A stretch of 63,187 nt of DNA, counting the filler, from Kipferlia bialata (lineage: Eukaryota), in NCBI GenBank assembly GCA_003568945.1. It is 6 parts of 6 records of this genome, joined end to end, with 100 filler letters (N's around TTAATTAATTAA, not from the genome) between each part and the next. Parts side by side here need not be neighbours in the genome. Positions count along the whole stretch, not along the records: positions 39,287 to 52,265 come from BDIP01001002.1; positions 52,366 to 60,311 come from BDIP01001022.1; 4 more parts are not named here. One strand, 5' to 3'. Each line of letters starts with the position of its first letter. The stretch's first letter is position 1. The position numbers and the translations under genes are program-made. This document shows positions 39,287-52,416 of the stretch, in pieces. The notes under the pieces were generated by a model. The model was not told the DNA's origin. It did not search any database and saw only the letters and a program-made list of their open reading frames with translations.

Positions 39287-40005
39287 GGCCCGCATTTGCG
39301 GCAGTGATAGGCAGCGTCAGGGTGTCCTACGACATATTCGGTCTCGCACCCGTCAGGGCTAGGTACCTCTTAGTTTATATCGTCTTTGAGTCATGTGTCC
39401 CCTCTCTCCCTCATCCCAGGACATTGGAGTCTCTCTCTCCCGTTGGGCGTGTGTCTATTTGCCGTGTGGCGCATGGACTCTTGAGAGAGACCGACGGGTT
39501 TGTCTTTGGGGAGTCTGTGTCCCCCAACGTCACGTGAGTGCATCTGATGCCCAGCATATACAGTGCACATGTAAATGCAATGTCCATATACATGGCACCA
39601 GCCATATATACGGCTAAATGTATCTCCTGCCATTCTCTTCTCACCGTCAGGGCAGATGTCTTCGCAGACATCTTCCTCTGCCACTGCCAGGGTCTCCTGG
39701 ACGACAGGTACGACGCAGTGTGCGAGGCGGAGAGAGACCCCGTGACCGGTGCCCCAGGGGAGAGAGAGCGCCAAGGGGCTGCCTTCGACAAGGCCCAGCA
39801 GGCAGTCCTGTCCAATGAGCATGGTCTCCCTAAGGACAGGCCCCCCTCCCGCCCACCCTCCGAGGGGCTTGCTCTGGCCAATACGGCCACAGGCGGCTGG
39901 CCCCACATGCACATAGTGGAGGGGATGCGGCCAAGTGCAGGGGCGTCAGTGCAGCCAGGTCCCTCGCCCGTGTCAGGAGGAGTGGTGTTGCTGGCAGTCG
40001 TTTAG
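39287..40005 (+). CDS. 3' part of a class III adenylate/guanylate cyclase-domain protein (degenerate catalytic motif)
   Basis: Spliced exons read GPAFAAVIGSVRVSYDIFGLAPVRAR/TLESLSPVGRVSICRVAHGLL, matching GPVVAGVIG..K..YDIWGDTVN.ASRMES.G.PGRI; likely stop TAG 40003-40005. Confidence 0.7.
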
Positions 40006-40554
40006 TTTGGAGGTGGTGGGGCAGATTCAATATCCCCACTGGCCTCCGTTTGTGTGTATGTGTATGTATTTCCTCGAATCCCAGATATTTCAGGATGGCA
40101 ATTGTATCACTATACTGTTGCTGTGTCTATTGAGTGAGGGTAGTTTTCAATGAAAGATCGTTCAATGAATGATTGTATAAATATTCTTAGACACTTGGAT
40201 GTTCGATCTTGATATATCGTGACACTTTGACCACTCATTCTTCTTTCTTTGATTACAACTACTGCGTGCTTGTGATTCACAAATCTGATTATTAATATGC
40301 TGATGCAGCTCAACAAGGTGTAATCTAGGAAACCATACACTTCTTCCAGGAAGCAGAGGACCTATAGATCTCACCCTTATACCAAACTTGAGACTCACAA
40401 GCTGTGTCTCAGGTTGTGAGTCAACTCATAATCAAGCGTGTTAAAAACCGAGAGCGGTTCCCGTTATCGTACGTTCATAGAAGCGCGCAAGATTCTTGCC
40501 AAGAATGATTTATAGGGGAGTACATGCCTTGTAACAGGAAATATGATTCAAGAC

Positions 40555-40959
40555 TCTAGACTCTAGAGTCTAGAACATGGGAACCTGCTTGTCTACCCGT
40601 CAGATTGTCTGCTTCCGAAACACCAATCCACTTTCAGCTCATGGTCCTTGATTTAAGGATTGACGTGTATCAACTTGATACTATCAAGAGTTGACTACAA
40701 CAAACAGGCAAGTGATTATGACATTGCCACCACAAGCCAACTCTCTTCCACTACATACAGACTCGCAAAATTAGTGTCACTGCCCCTTTGCTACAGTAAG
40801 TAGAGTACGTATGTCACAGTCACCTTTCTTCTCCCAGCTTGAGAGGTCTCATTGAGACTCTCAATCATTGAGTCAATGACACCTCTCACACCCAAGGAGA
40901 ATGAGACGAAGAGTCACTGACGGACCGTCAGTATTTCTGACTCATAATGAGTCACTCAT
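40555..40959. repeat. Cluster of short, partly overlapping palindromes in intergenic DNA
   Basis: 20-bp perfect palindrome 40555-40574 plus eight palindromes with 6-8 bp arms and a 1-nt spacer (listed in findings). Confidence 0.9.
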
Positions 40960-41131
40960 TGGCATTCTTTACATGAAGAACAACGATACACCAGTCTGCA
41001 TCAATCCATGGCCAGGTTGATGGATACGCTCAGGCCCCGATGTTGCCAGAGGGAATGACCTTCCAATACAGACCAACCTCAGGTAATATATTCGAAGTTC
41101 CATCCCGATAGCTTGCAATGCAAGCCTTGGA

Positions 41132-44100
41132 TCAGTACGTGATCTTGTTTTGCAGCCCCTGGAACACGTCGTATACGTTGGTCAGGAACCTGTTGGCAGA
41201 CTGGGCTATCTTGAGGTGGATGAACTGGACTGCGGCGGCATTGCCTATATCGAGGCCCATACGCTTCTGCACTCTGCCTATGGGTAAGGGTATAAGATGA
41301 TGAGGGGGGAGGGTATGCAACATGAGTATGGCAATACCAGTGGGATATGATGGAACACCCCCACCTATGCTGCCTGGTTTGAAGCAGGGCATGCCGTTAC
41401 TCAGTACAGCCTGGATGGCTGACAGGAAGGGACCCGGACATCTGGGGGTGAGGGCGGGGTGGTTCGGGGATGGGTGGTATGGTGGTACAGTGTACCTACG
41501 TAGGACTAGGAATGCCCGCACGGTCAGTACCCTGAACTCGCTAAAGCCAGGGGAGTCTGGGGAGGTGCCTGGGGTCAGAGATAGAGGACAGGACTCTGAC
41601 CTCTGGACACTATTCCTATATATCCATACATACAATGCTATGCGCAACCCTTGGCATACATATAATGTGTCATACCCAGTATATCCACCATCTCCTGGGT
41701 CATCTTGAAGGGTGCCACCTCTATAGACAGGTCACCCCCTGGCGTCAAAGCATATATCAAGGTATCAACACACCAACATGGCAACACATCACACGAAGGT
41801 CACTGGTGCCAAAACACTACATTGCAACAGAACAACATACTCAATCCTGAAGCACAATACACCGTTGGTACTCTGCATACATATTTGTATGGGCAAGCAG
41901 AATACGGCTACCCACCTGGGGCTATGTCAAATGCAAACCCAAAGTCGATGTGCAGCATTCGGCCCAGGTCGCTGTACATGATGTTGCCATTATGCCTGGG
42001 TCAGTATAATCATAGAGATAAGCAGGGAAATGTGTATACATACATTAACACCCCACACACCTGTCCTTTAGCTGGAGCACCCAGCTAGCTATGCTACTAG
42101 GGACCAGACTCTCGAGGAACAAGGTGCGGTGCTTGGCAAACTCATCGGTACCCGGCATGCCATACTGCTAAAGAGTCAGAGGTATAGAGGTACACTGGGG
42201 ATATCCCACTAATGGGACAAGGCGACGAGATGAATATTGTATATATATACACACACTTATACCTGGCAGAAGTAGTCGAACAGGCTTCCATCGACCCTGT
42301 GGCCAATCTCATCCCTGGACCTGGCATCGCCCATGACCTAGCGGTGAGGGCATACACATATGTTCGACGGCATATACATATATGCAAAGCGAAACCATAA
42401 ATTGTTAATTACAAAAGCAGCAAAAGGCAGCAAAAGGTAGTAATGAAAACAGAAAGAAAGAATGATACACTGAAAGTGAAGAGAGTGGAACAATACAACT
42501 ATACAGGCTAAACCGTCAAGCCATGTCCACCTAACGATGCATGTATATACATACATACACACACCTCGATCACACCGTCCTCCAGCCTGACAGGGAATAC
42601 ACCGTATGCCCTGGGGTCAGGCACGCACACCCAACTATGTCAATGAACTAGAGTGATTCATACTGAGACTGCCAACCAGGAATGGATGTATATAGTGTGA
42701 TTAAGTGGATATCGGCATGTCCCTGAGGTAGAGACCCATCGGTGACCACAGACGGGACAGGACACCAAAGAGCTGCACAACCAGTTGGTCCTAAAGGGTA
42801 AGGTGTTGATAGAACCAACTGATATACGTGTATATTGCAATTTATATTCTATTACCATAGTCGATCGTCATACAATGATACAGCCTCTGACCTGCTTGAC
42901 GTTGTCTCCGGCCTTGAATATGAGGGCAGACACTGCAGACTCTGTGTCCCCATCCTGACCCTCGTCCATGGCGCAGTGACAGTCGAAGGAGACCATGACT
43001 GGACACCTAGACATATCAGTGTTGGAAATGGATATAAGAGATGTGTATACAGTATATGCATGATATATGCAGAGACCCGGTGACTGTGGTCTATACCTCT
43101 CGTGTGACTTCATGACCCTGCCCTTCCCAGGCACGATGGAGCACACGGAGGCCTGGGGTGTGAAGGTACATTGGTATTGAAAAGATGATCATATATGTAA
43201 TATGTCTCTGATGAAGCAGTGTGTGACTAGAGTGCGTGTAATACCACATCGGAACCACCCCGCCCCACCTCTGGTTTGGTTGGAGGAGGCACACACTGCC
43301 GTCTACCACTCCCACTGCCACTGCCATTAACAGTGGCACAGTCTGTGTGCCCTCTCTCTCCATCCACCCCTCTCAGACTGGCACTGCCGGCTGTGCTGAT
43401 GCGGTCAAGGGCGGCATTAAGCTCAGAGACCCTGTGGTGAGATCACCGACACAATAGCACAACACAGGGTCGTGCCCCTAACACTACATATCACCAACGG
43501 CACATGCCCCCCACCTATTCTCCGGGGGCACCGGGACCAGTGAGGAGGACAGGGCCAGGATGGAGTTGTACACAGTCTGCTGAGAGCTGGGATCAGAGGG
43601 TATATAGACAGGGAATCAGTAGGAGCACGTAAGTAACGGGTATATGACGATATCGGTATGTATATATGTCAACCATCCCCACCGTATGACCCCTCTGCTG
43701 GCCTGACTCATATGGGACAGGACCCTTGCATACAGCCACAGACAGACACACCCCAGGGAGGTATGGGGGCGCCCTAGTGACCTGGGGTGAGGGCTTGTTA
43801 CAACAGAAACATGTCAGTTGCTACACAACCAATAGGTAGTGTCAGGCAAACAAGAGAGAGAGAGAAATACTGGCCAGGACCATATTCTGATTGTACTATA
43901 TGGCTTAGTGGCTGGAGGACAACACCACCCGCCACATTTACTCTATATACATGTTTATACCTCAGGAGCGTCTGTTCCATCTCACGTGCCCGTTTTTGAG
44001 TGCATGTCAACAGGGAGTCCATGATGGAGATATGAAGACCGGTGGACACTGGGTGAGGGAGAAGCCAGATAATACACAATGCGTTATGGATACGCGATTA

Positions 44101-45486
44101 ATGCACTCACCTAGGAACTGTCTGACTGCTGGGATAAGCCTGTTCTTGAGAGGCTGGGCGATGCTGGTCTCGACCTCTGATGCTAGGGCCCTGTACAGTT
44201 AGAGAGACAAGGGTGGGTACTTGGAATACTACGATTATATACACATGCCAAGGCGTACCAGAGCAGCATGCGTCCAAATGTCTCTGGCGCCTTGGTCGAC
44301 TGTTCACACAGATACTCCCCGAGAACCATGCCCCTAAGAGATAGAGACTCAGAGTCTGCCAGGGAGAGGCACTGCGTGAGGGCCTGGCCCTGCGGCAGGG
44401 CTGCCACCAGCTGGGGTATGCAGAAGCATAGGCCATGGGGGGAGACAGTCAGGGAGAGAGACCCCACCGCGTATCGTGTATACTGCGGGTGCTGTAGCAG
44501 TGCCAGAGCAGCTGCAGGGGCACACGGGGGGAGTAAGCAGGACGGTACAGGGGCAACACCCCTCTGCAACACTGTTGGGTCTGGGGTGGGTAGGGGCCCA
44601 GCACCCACAACAGGGGAGACACGGGTAGGAGGAGGGTGAAGGGATCCACTCACTGTAGGAGTGACTGTGTGTGGTACATCTCTCTCTCTGTCTCCAGCAT
44701 GTACATGCCGATTGTCGTGAGAAGACCTAGTAGGCACAGCCTCATACTGTGTAACAGAGGATAGCGCCACTCCCATAAGGGGACAGCGGAAGCGGAACCT
44801 GGGGTGGGGGATCATGATACATCAGTAACAGCACAGTCTCACAGCGTACCTAGCCACTAGTCTGTCTGCTACTCTAAGGGGAAGACCCCTGAGGGTGGTG
44901 GCCCACTGGGAGGCGCTGACCCTAGATAGGTATGCACTCGACAGTACAGTGACGGAGGGAGAGGCACCAAGTCCCTCTGCTGAGGCCAGCAGGTCACGAA
45001 CTGGGTGTGAGATAGAGTCAGGTAGCTGAGAACTAGTGAGTCTGTTACTTCATGGCAGAATGCTACAACCATCTCACCTGGCCCACAGAAAGACTCTCCA
45101 AGGAGTGATGAGGAGTGGACATCCAGAGGGGGCTGGGTCTTGACCTGAGGGTCAGACACAAGAGATGCAACCAACAACCCGGAGCAATCCAGGGTTACTG
45201 TATACCACAACGCAACATTATGTATGAACACCCCACGCACCTTTCTCTTTCTCTCCTGTGCCATCCCCTCGAGAGATGTCCTGGAGGCCCTGGGGACCAC
45301 TGAGGGCTCAGGTTCCACGAGGGTCTGGAGTCGCTGCCACTCGGTCACCAGTTCCATGTCGTCTAGGGCACACAGACAGGCGGCATCCCTGAGCGCAGAC
45401 AAGCTATGGGTTGGCGTCAGGCCTGGGGTCAGTAGATACATATATGACAGATAGTTCAACCACACAGGTCAGCAGAGGCAAGATAG

Positions 45487-45520
<34 letters not shown>

Positions 45521-48500
45521 CGGCATACCCACCTGTTCCTGAGACAGGGTGCTCCCCAATGAGGGGCACGGATAGGTCGAAGAGGGACGGGGGGCATATG
45601 CAGGAGGTGCCCTCCATACCAGATGTGGACACCCTCTCTGCCCCCCTGTCCAGGCCCTCTGGTACTTGTACTGACGCTGATGCTGACGCTGTCTCCCCCC
45701 TGTCCATATCGTCGGGGTGCCTGACTCCATGGCGGAACAGGAGACGCACCACATCGCTGGAGTCATATACAACTATTATCACGAACACATATGAATACTC
45801 TGGTACTACCACAGACTAGCATCTTACCTCAGGGCCTTTCTGTCAGTGTCCAACCCTGCATTGACCTGCAGCAAGGGGAGGAGTGAGTCAGTCTCACAAG
45901 AGACGTGCAACATAAGCTGTCGTTAGATGGAGAGAATGCCAACTATTCCACATAACCCTTGTATATATATATGAATGTTACTTGCAGAATGCACCTTGTA
46001 GGCTGCCTCTCTGACTAGTGGACCCCCCATACTCCCCCCCTGCAGTAGCACTGCACATGTGGCATGGGACACCGACGGCAGACACGCCCAGGTGTCTGTA
46101 GTGATGGCCTGGGGTAAGGGGGTAAGGACCCATATCATACACCCATCATAACCATCAGAAAGGTATGTATGGTCTCAATTGACATCTGTATACTACCCTG
46201 ATACCTTGAGTACAGACTGGGCCAGGGTTAGAAGGGTATCGGTGAACACGTCCCTTAGAGCGCCAAGGGGCCCATTCTCCTGAGAGTAAGATGCGTATAT
46301 GGTAAATCCACCTGCTGTTGAACTACTCCCTGACACACCTCTATCAATGCCGACAGTACAGCTATGTAGCACTCAAACACCAAACACTCTGCAGAGACCA
46401 GTGCTCGCTGTGCTGCATCAGCTGCCTGGGCCTGCTGAATCTCATTGATGCGGTCAGGACCGTTGGTTGCCTGCATTAAGTATATACTCGGTAATATGTA
46501 GGATTATACAATACTACTTTTTACTATACTCTACCAACAAGAGGACACACAAAATTGACACACTAACCTCTAGGGAGACTGCAAATCCAGGGTCCACCGC
46601 GGTATAACGAACGAAGGGGTGCCTCCTATGTCCATGGGTGCACATGTCACCTATGCGATTGGCCAGTTCCTTGAGCACACTGGTATTCCTATCCAACAGT
46701 GATGTCCCAGTGTTTGCCGTGTCTGCATGCCCCGTCAGCAGATGCACACACACAGTATCCACATAGAGGGGTATGGCGTCGTGAGTGCGTACTTGTGTGG
46801 CCAGGTCTAGTACCCTGGGGGTGTCCCCTGTTGATACCACTCCACACAGGGCATGGGCCAGAGAGGCCCTGGTAAGGGAGAGGTGGGGGGGCAGCCCTTC
46901 CCCTCCGATTGATACTGCCCTGACCACCAGCACCTGCCCCAGGAGGGTACGGGTGAGGGGGTCAGACACCCTCTCTATGGCAGAGGCCCATGCCTCATCG
47001 TGCCCTGTGCATATAGGCGTCGAGGGTGTTGTGTCAGAGTGCAGCGGCTCTGACAGGAGGGCACTCAGATAGCTAGCACGCAGCCACCGAGACCCCTCAG
47101 AGCCTGGGTGACCTACTACTTAGCGGCAGTGACAATTCTTGGGGAGATAGTGTATGAGGTGACCGACATACACCCACCTTGGTTGCCCATGCCCAGCTGT
47201 GCCTGTTGTTCATAGAGAGAGAGTACTGCAGACACTGCCGAGGAAGAGGACCTTGATGCAACCATAGATGGAGTGGAAGCAACACCTAGGGCCACACTGC
47301 AGTGTTAGTGTGTGGGTATCATAGTAAGACCAGTGTGTTAGTGTCAGAGAAGGAAAAGTGCTGTTCAACGGACAGGTGTCCAACGATTGTCACATCATAC
47401 CGTGTAATATGTGGATGCCAAAGACCGGTCCCCAGTCTTAGACGGCTCCCAGCAAGGCACGACGTCAGTATGTCAAGGCGAGCAGACCCCAGCCGGCACT
47501 CTGACATGCCTGCAGTGTGAGAGTGCACCAGAAGATACATCACTAAACACACATCCTTACATTAGCTTACCTTCCAAGATTCCTGATATGTACTCCCAAG
47601 TACGGTCTAATCCAGAGCCAGCAGAGTTTCCACGCCTGAAATGGGTAACAACACAACGAGCAACTGCATAGAGATGTCTGGGTACCTCAGCATTCCAATA
47701 ATGCGAGTACGTCTGGACAGCAGACATCCCTTGAGTAGCGATGTCATATAGACTGTGCTGGGAAGATGCGTCACCTGCGATGAGACATATATTTATACAA
47801 ACACACAAACCATCTCATATATATGTGTAGAACCTGGTCATCCAAAGTGACACCCCCTATTCACATATATACCTGATCCCTGATCAGACCATAGTCGATG
47901 TCTCCCTGGGAAAGAGGGAGAGAGAGGGCCAGTGGAGACACATAGCCACATAGCACCAGAGGGGTCACATGGGTTGCCTTGTCACTATAAAGCGTAGCAG
48001 CTGTGCCTCTCACCGCCTCCAGCACCGCAGACACCACCATCCAGGGAGGGGCACTGGGACCGGACGGCACAGTGTGGGACCGTATACCTGGGTGTACAGC
48101 ACGCATACACGCCAGCAGAGTGGCGTGACTAGCTTGGGGGGAGAGGAAGGTACTGGCCTGTGTGATAGACACGCCAGGTACCTGGCATAAGCACACCTCA
48201 GATAGATTATATATATATAGATAGATGTATATATATATATGATATATGGGTCAGGACATACCACATACTAGCACTGTCTATCCAGATGTACAATGCACTA
48301 AGGTATACAACTCACCTGCGGATATACTGTGTATGTGCACCCGGGAGGCACCAACAGGGCTGGACACGCATCGGAGAGGGCCACCAGTCCACTGGTAGGG
48401 ATGAGGGCACCCTCCTCCCCAGACATGTGCAGACCCAGCATGATGGCCCTATGGACAACAGACGCCAGGTGGGGGAGAGACACCCCACAGTAGGTCCATG

Positions 48501-51500
48501 TTCCCCCAGACATCGCGTAAGAAGGGCCCATTACAGTCCCCTCCCTATATAGGTGGAGGATCCCTCGCAGACAGGCACTAAAGGGGACAAGGAGCAAGTC
48601 ATAGGGTGCGATGAGGTCAAAGGAGAACTCGCCAGAAGTGTCTCCACGTGAGGTACCAATGGCCACCGCACTATCATGTGCACTGGCTAGAGCCCCAGAG
48701 AGCCTGTGGTACAGACGATGCAACTTGGTAGTCTGATGGGCCTCGGTAGCAGCTGGTGTCAGAGGGGGTCGAGGTATAAGGCAAATAGCTGCGTTCGGTA
48801 CCTTCTGCTATAGTCGACAGACACCCACAGGCCGCGGTAACAGCTGCAAGCTTCCCCTTTCCCCCCTGTACCTGTTGTCCATCTCTCCAGATAGAGAGCG
48901 GGTACAACGCACACCCCACCAGCCTCCCTGCAAATCAGTACACAGGTCAGAATTCCTAGGTTTGCGAGGTGAGGGACTACTCTCATACCTATGATCTCGT
49001 TGAATGCCATCGAGTTGGACTCCTTATCCAGCTCCCTCTGACCAGTGTGTGTCAGTCCAGAGAGGACTCTTGAGGCAGATACGGGAAGGTGGGAGGGTCT
49101 TTCTGTCCCAATCGTGGTGGAGACATGGGGTGCATCGAGAGAGGCAGAGGGTAGGAGGGCCATCTCAGCCGCTGCAGAGAGCAGAACCCGCAGAGGCAGA
49201 GTGGGCGGCAGGGAGGCCATATACGACCGAGTACGACGGTGGGTCCTGAGGGCCCTGGACACACTCTTCTGCCCCTGTATCTCCTCGTCCTGCTGTGTCT
49301 CGATAGCCAACACGGCGGAGGAATTGGCAGCCTGTAGTAAAGAGGGAGTGCAAAAGACAATTACACCACTGTAACCACATGGGATGCCCCTACCTCGATT
49401 GCTGCCGAGGTCTGGGGTCCATAGCTCTGGGGCATCATCTGGAGCACAGCGTCAGTCACCTGGGTAAGGCGGGTAAAGAACCATAAGGCTATTACCTACC
49501 ACACCATTACCACGTTCTTCAACCAAGGGAATCAATCTGGTTTTCACGAGAACAACATCCAAGATACATACTCCTTGAAAAATGGTGCTTCCCATACCTG
49601 ATCGGTGATGGACGGCACCTGGGCTGCTCGAGCAATACTTACGACGCCCTGCGGTATTAGGTGAAAGAATCTGATATTAATACATGAACCAACATAGTAT
49701 AGTCTCTGGATACCTCAAGTACATATGTGCCAGTCCCAAGCCTGTCTCTGCTCAACAACACGTCCAGCTTCGAGCTGTACTTGGGTCGCAATGCAGGATC
49801 GGCAGTCCCTGCTAGATTCACTCTGCCCCTCTGCTGAGAGAGAGAGTGGGCAACCAGAGCAGCCACTCGTCTGATGTGAATGGATGGAGGAAGTGTCCTC
49901 TGTATCTATCTCTCTGATGTAGATATTGCACTATACATATAGATACAGGTACGGGGCTGAGACTAACAACACCCACCTGAACGAAGTGGGCTCTGTTATG
50001 ACGGAAGCCAGTGAGCCAATCAGTAGACTGACGGCACCTGGGTGAGTCCAGTTCAACAATAGGTGATCTACTAATCAGTACATAAGACGCACTCACCCTT
50101 GTGAGCTGCGCAGTCCCTTGCATACAGCCCAGGAGACCCCTCACCCACCCCCTCTCCCGTGGCCACATCAGCCATGGTGACCAGCACAGGACACAGGTGC
50201 CAGGGCTCAGCAGGCAGCCTGTCTCTCTCTCTCTCCCTGTCACACCCTGTCTCTCTCGCTACCCCTGTCCGACACCAAGCAGACTCCACTTGGACCTGGA
50301 CCCACGACAGAAAGTGCCTCCTCGAGGATGATGGGAGAGGGTGTCCTTGGGCAGAGCCGAGGGACGTATAGCTGTCCAACTGAGAGTCCGTGACAGGTCC
50401 AGCAGCCGCTGCGTACTGATATTAGTATCAAAGAAAACTTGGAAAACTGAGCTGAGCACCAGAAAGAGTGTACCTTTTTGAGGAGTGTCCCCCGCCATTG
50501 TACCAGTTCGGCCACCACATCTGGCTCTGAAGGGTGAGAGTGTATCGTGCGCAAGTATCATGACAACATAATGATAGAATCAGTAAGCAATCGTGACACC
50601 CCGACACATACCCATGTACTGTGTCTTCAAGAGACCCATGAGCACTGCCACCAGTCCCAGCACGTGTCTGGCCCAGAGAGGGGGGAGGTCCAGAAGGGGC
50701 GGGAGGCCACTCAGAGGGTTGGTAGTATGTGCCTCTCCCTCAGAATCCCCCCTGCTATGACTACCTATGGACACTCCAACATCCCTAATGTCGACATAGC
50801 TCGCAGACCTCCCATGGTCGAAGCTTCCAGCTCTCTTTCCACCTCCGTCCACCTTTCTCCTTCCAGCCTCTCCCCCTACACTCATCCTTCCTGCACTTCT
50901 CGCCTCCCCTCCCTTTCCAACAGGTACCGTACCGGAGTCAGACCGATCTAGACGGTGGGGATGGAGAGACAACGATACTACGGAGTGTCTCCGGACAAGA
51001 GGAGACACCCCAGGTACCGCAAAGCGAGGCAGAGTGAGTGGGAATTGCTGCCCAGAACTGAGGGAGAGAGAGTTGGAGAGGGATCCCTCGAAGTTGTACA
51101 CATCTCGCCCCCGCCCCCGCCCCCGCCCCCGCCTCGTCCTAGCCCCCCCTCCCTCAAGTGAAGCTGCATGGGCCTTGAATGCCGCAGGGGCCACATACCC
51201 TATCAGTACCGCAACATCATTCATCAGCTCGGCCTCCTCTAGGTGTCTGGTCTCGATGGTATCTTGCTGGGAGACACCCTGTCTGTCGTCACCCCCAGAG
51301 TGATACAGGAGCATGAGACGAGCTAGTATCAGAGGGGTGTGCTCCAGATACTCTTTTGCCTGGTTGACCCACCTGCCAGTATCATGACGTGTCTGATACT
51401 CAATGGTCTCTGCTGCGACACACATGCCCTGGGTTGAGTGGCACCACGGCAGTTACAGTGAAGAATAGTACATGTCACATGTTCATCCAACATGTCAGGA

Positions 51501-51923
51501 ACAGGACGTCGGTATTTGAATATGTGTGGGGAGAATATATATATCGTAAGGACGATATGTATTTGTAGCAGGCCCAATACCTGCAACTCTCAGCAATGAC
51601 TGCCGTCCAACACCCCAATCGGGTACTGGGACGATCCTCTTCCTTGCTCTGCCGTTGAGAACCAGACCCCGCTGTCTGGCGTCTGGTATGTAGAGGTAAA
51701 GAGAAGTGGTCCTGGTGGGCACAGGCCTCTCTGGAAGCACTCTCGGCCAGTCTCTGCCTCTCCCCCTTGCCCCTCCTCCTCTCGTGTGAGGACACGAGGC
51801 TCAGCAGGGAGTGGGTCTTCTTGGGACGGGGAGACTGACTCTGATCCACAACACAGGACTGGGCCCTACGGACATGACGGGAAGCAGCATACACCACTGA
51901 CTCAAACTGGCCGGGGGGGAGAC
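41132..51923 (-). CDS. PI4KA: Phosphatidylinositol 4-kinase alpha (type III alpha, Stt4-like); 5' end uncertain
   Basis: C-terminal exons: [90 protein letters not shown] and terminal [15 protein letters not shown], typical of PI4KA/Stt4. A long run of minus-strand exons upstream fits a ~2000+ aa protein, but not every junction was checked. Confidence 0.88.
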
Positions 51924-52265
51924 CTATATGAGAATGAAAATATGTATATATATATAATAATCTCTATATATACCAGGTACAAATAGGAAGAGGAGTGAAA
52001 AGAACCATAAAATCTGTCTTCTTCAAAATTAGAACGAGAGATGATATACTGTCTAGTAAGAAGGGAGATGGTAAGAGAGGGGACACATTCACAAAATTGC
52101 CACACTGTTTTGAAGCGAGAGGAGTCAAAGTATTCGAGGTATCGGAACAAAACGTGTGAGGGAGAATAGTCAAGAGTGCTATATATCAAGGGTGGAGAAG
52201 AAGACGGAAGGAGGGGGGGGGGGTTGGGAGAGTGAGGGGGGGGGGATGTATTGTGTATACTGATA

Positions 52266-52365
52266 NNNNNNNNNNNNNNNNNNNNNNNNNNNNNNNNNNN
52301 NNNNNNNNNTTAATTAATTAANNNNNNNNNNNNNNNNNNNNNNNNNNNNNNNNNNNNNNNNNNNN
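52266..52365. other. Artificial contig linker
   Basis: Same N/TTAATTAATTAA/N structure. Confidence 0.98.
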
Positions 52366-52416
52366 CTCTCTCTCCCCCCCTCCCCCCCCCCCCCCCCCCC
52401 CCCCTTCTCACCCCAG

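Noticed and set aside
41322..42400. Plus-strand ORFs (128 aa, 127 aa) as a separate gene
   Set aside because: They are antisense to PI4KA kinase-domain exons carrying DRHNGN and DFG motifs.
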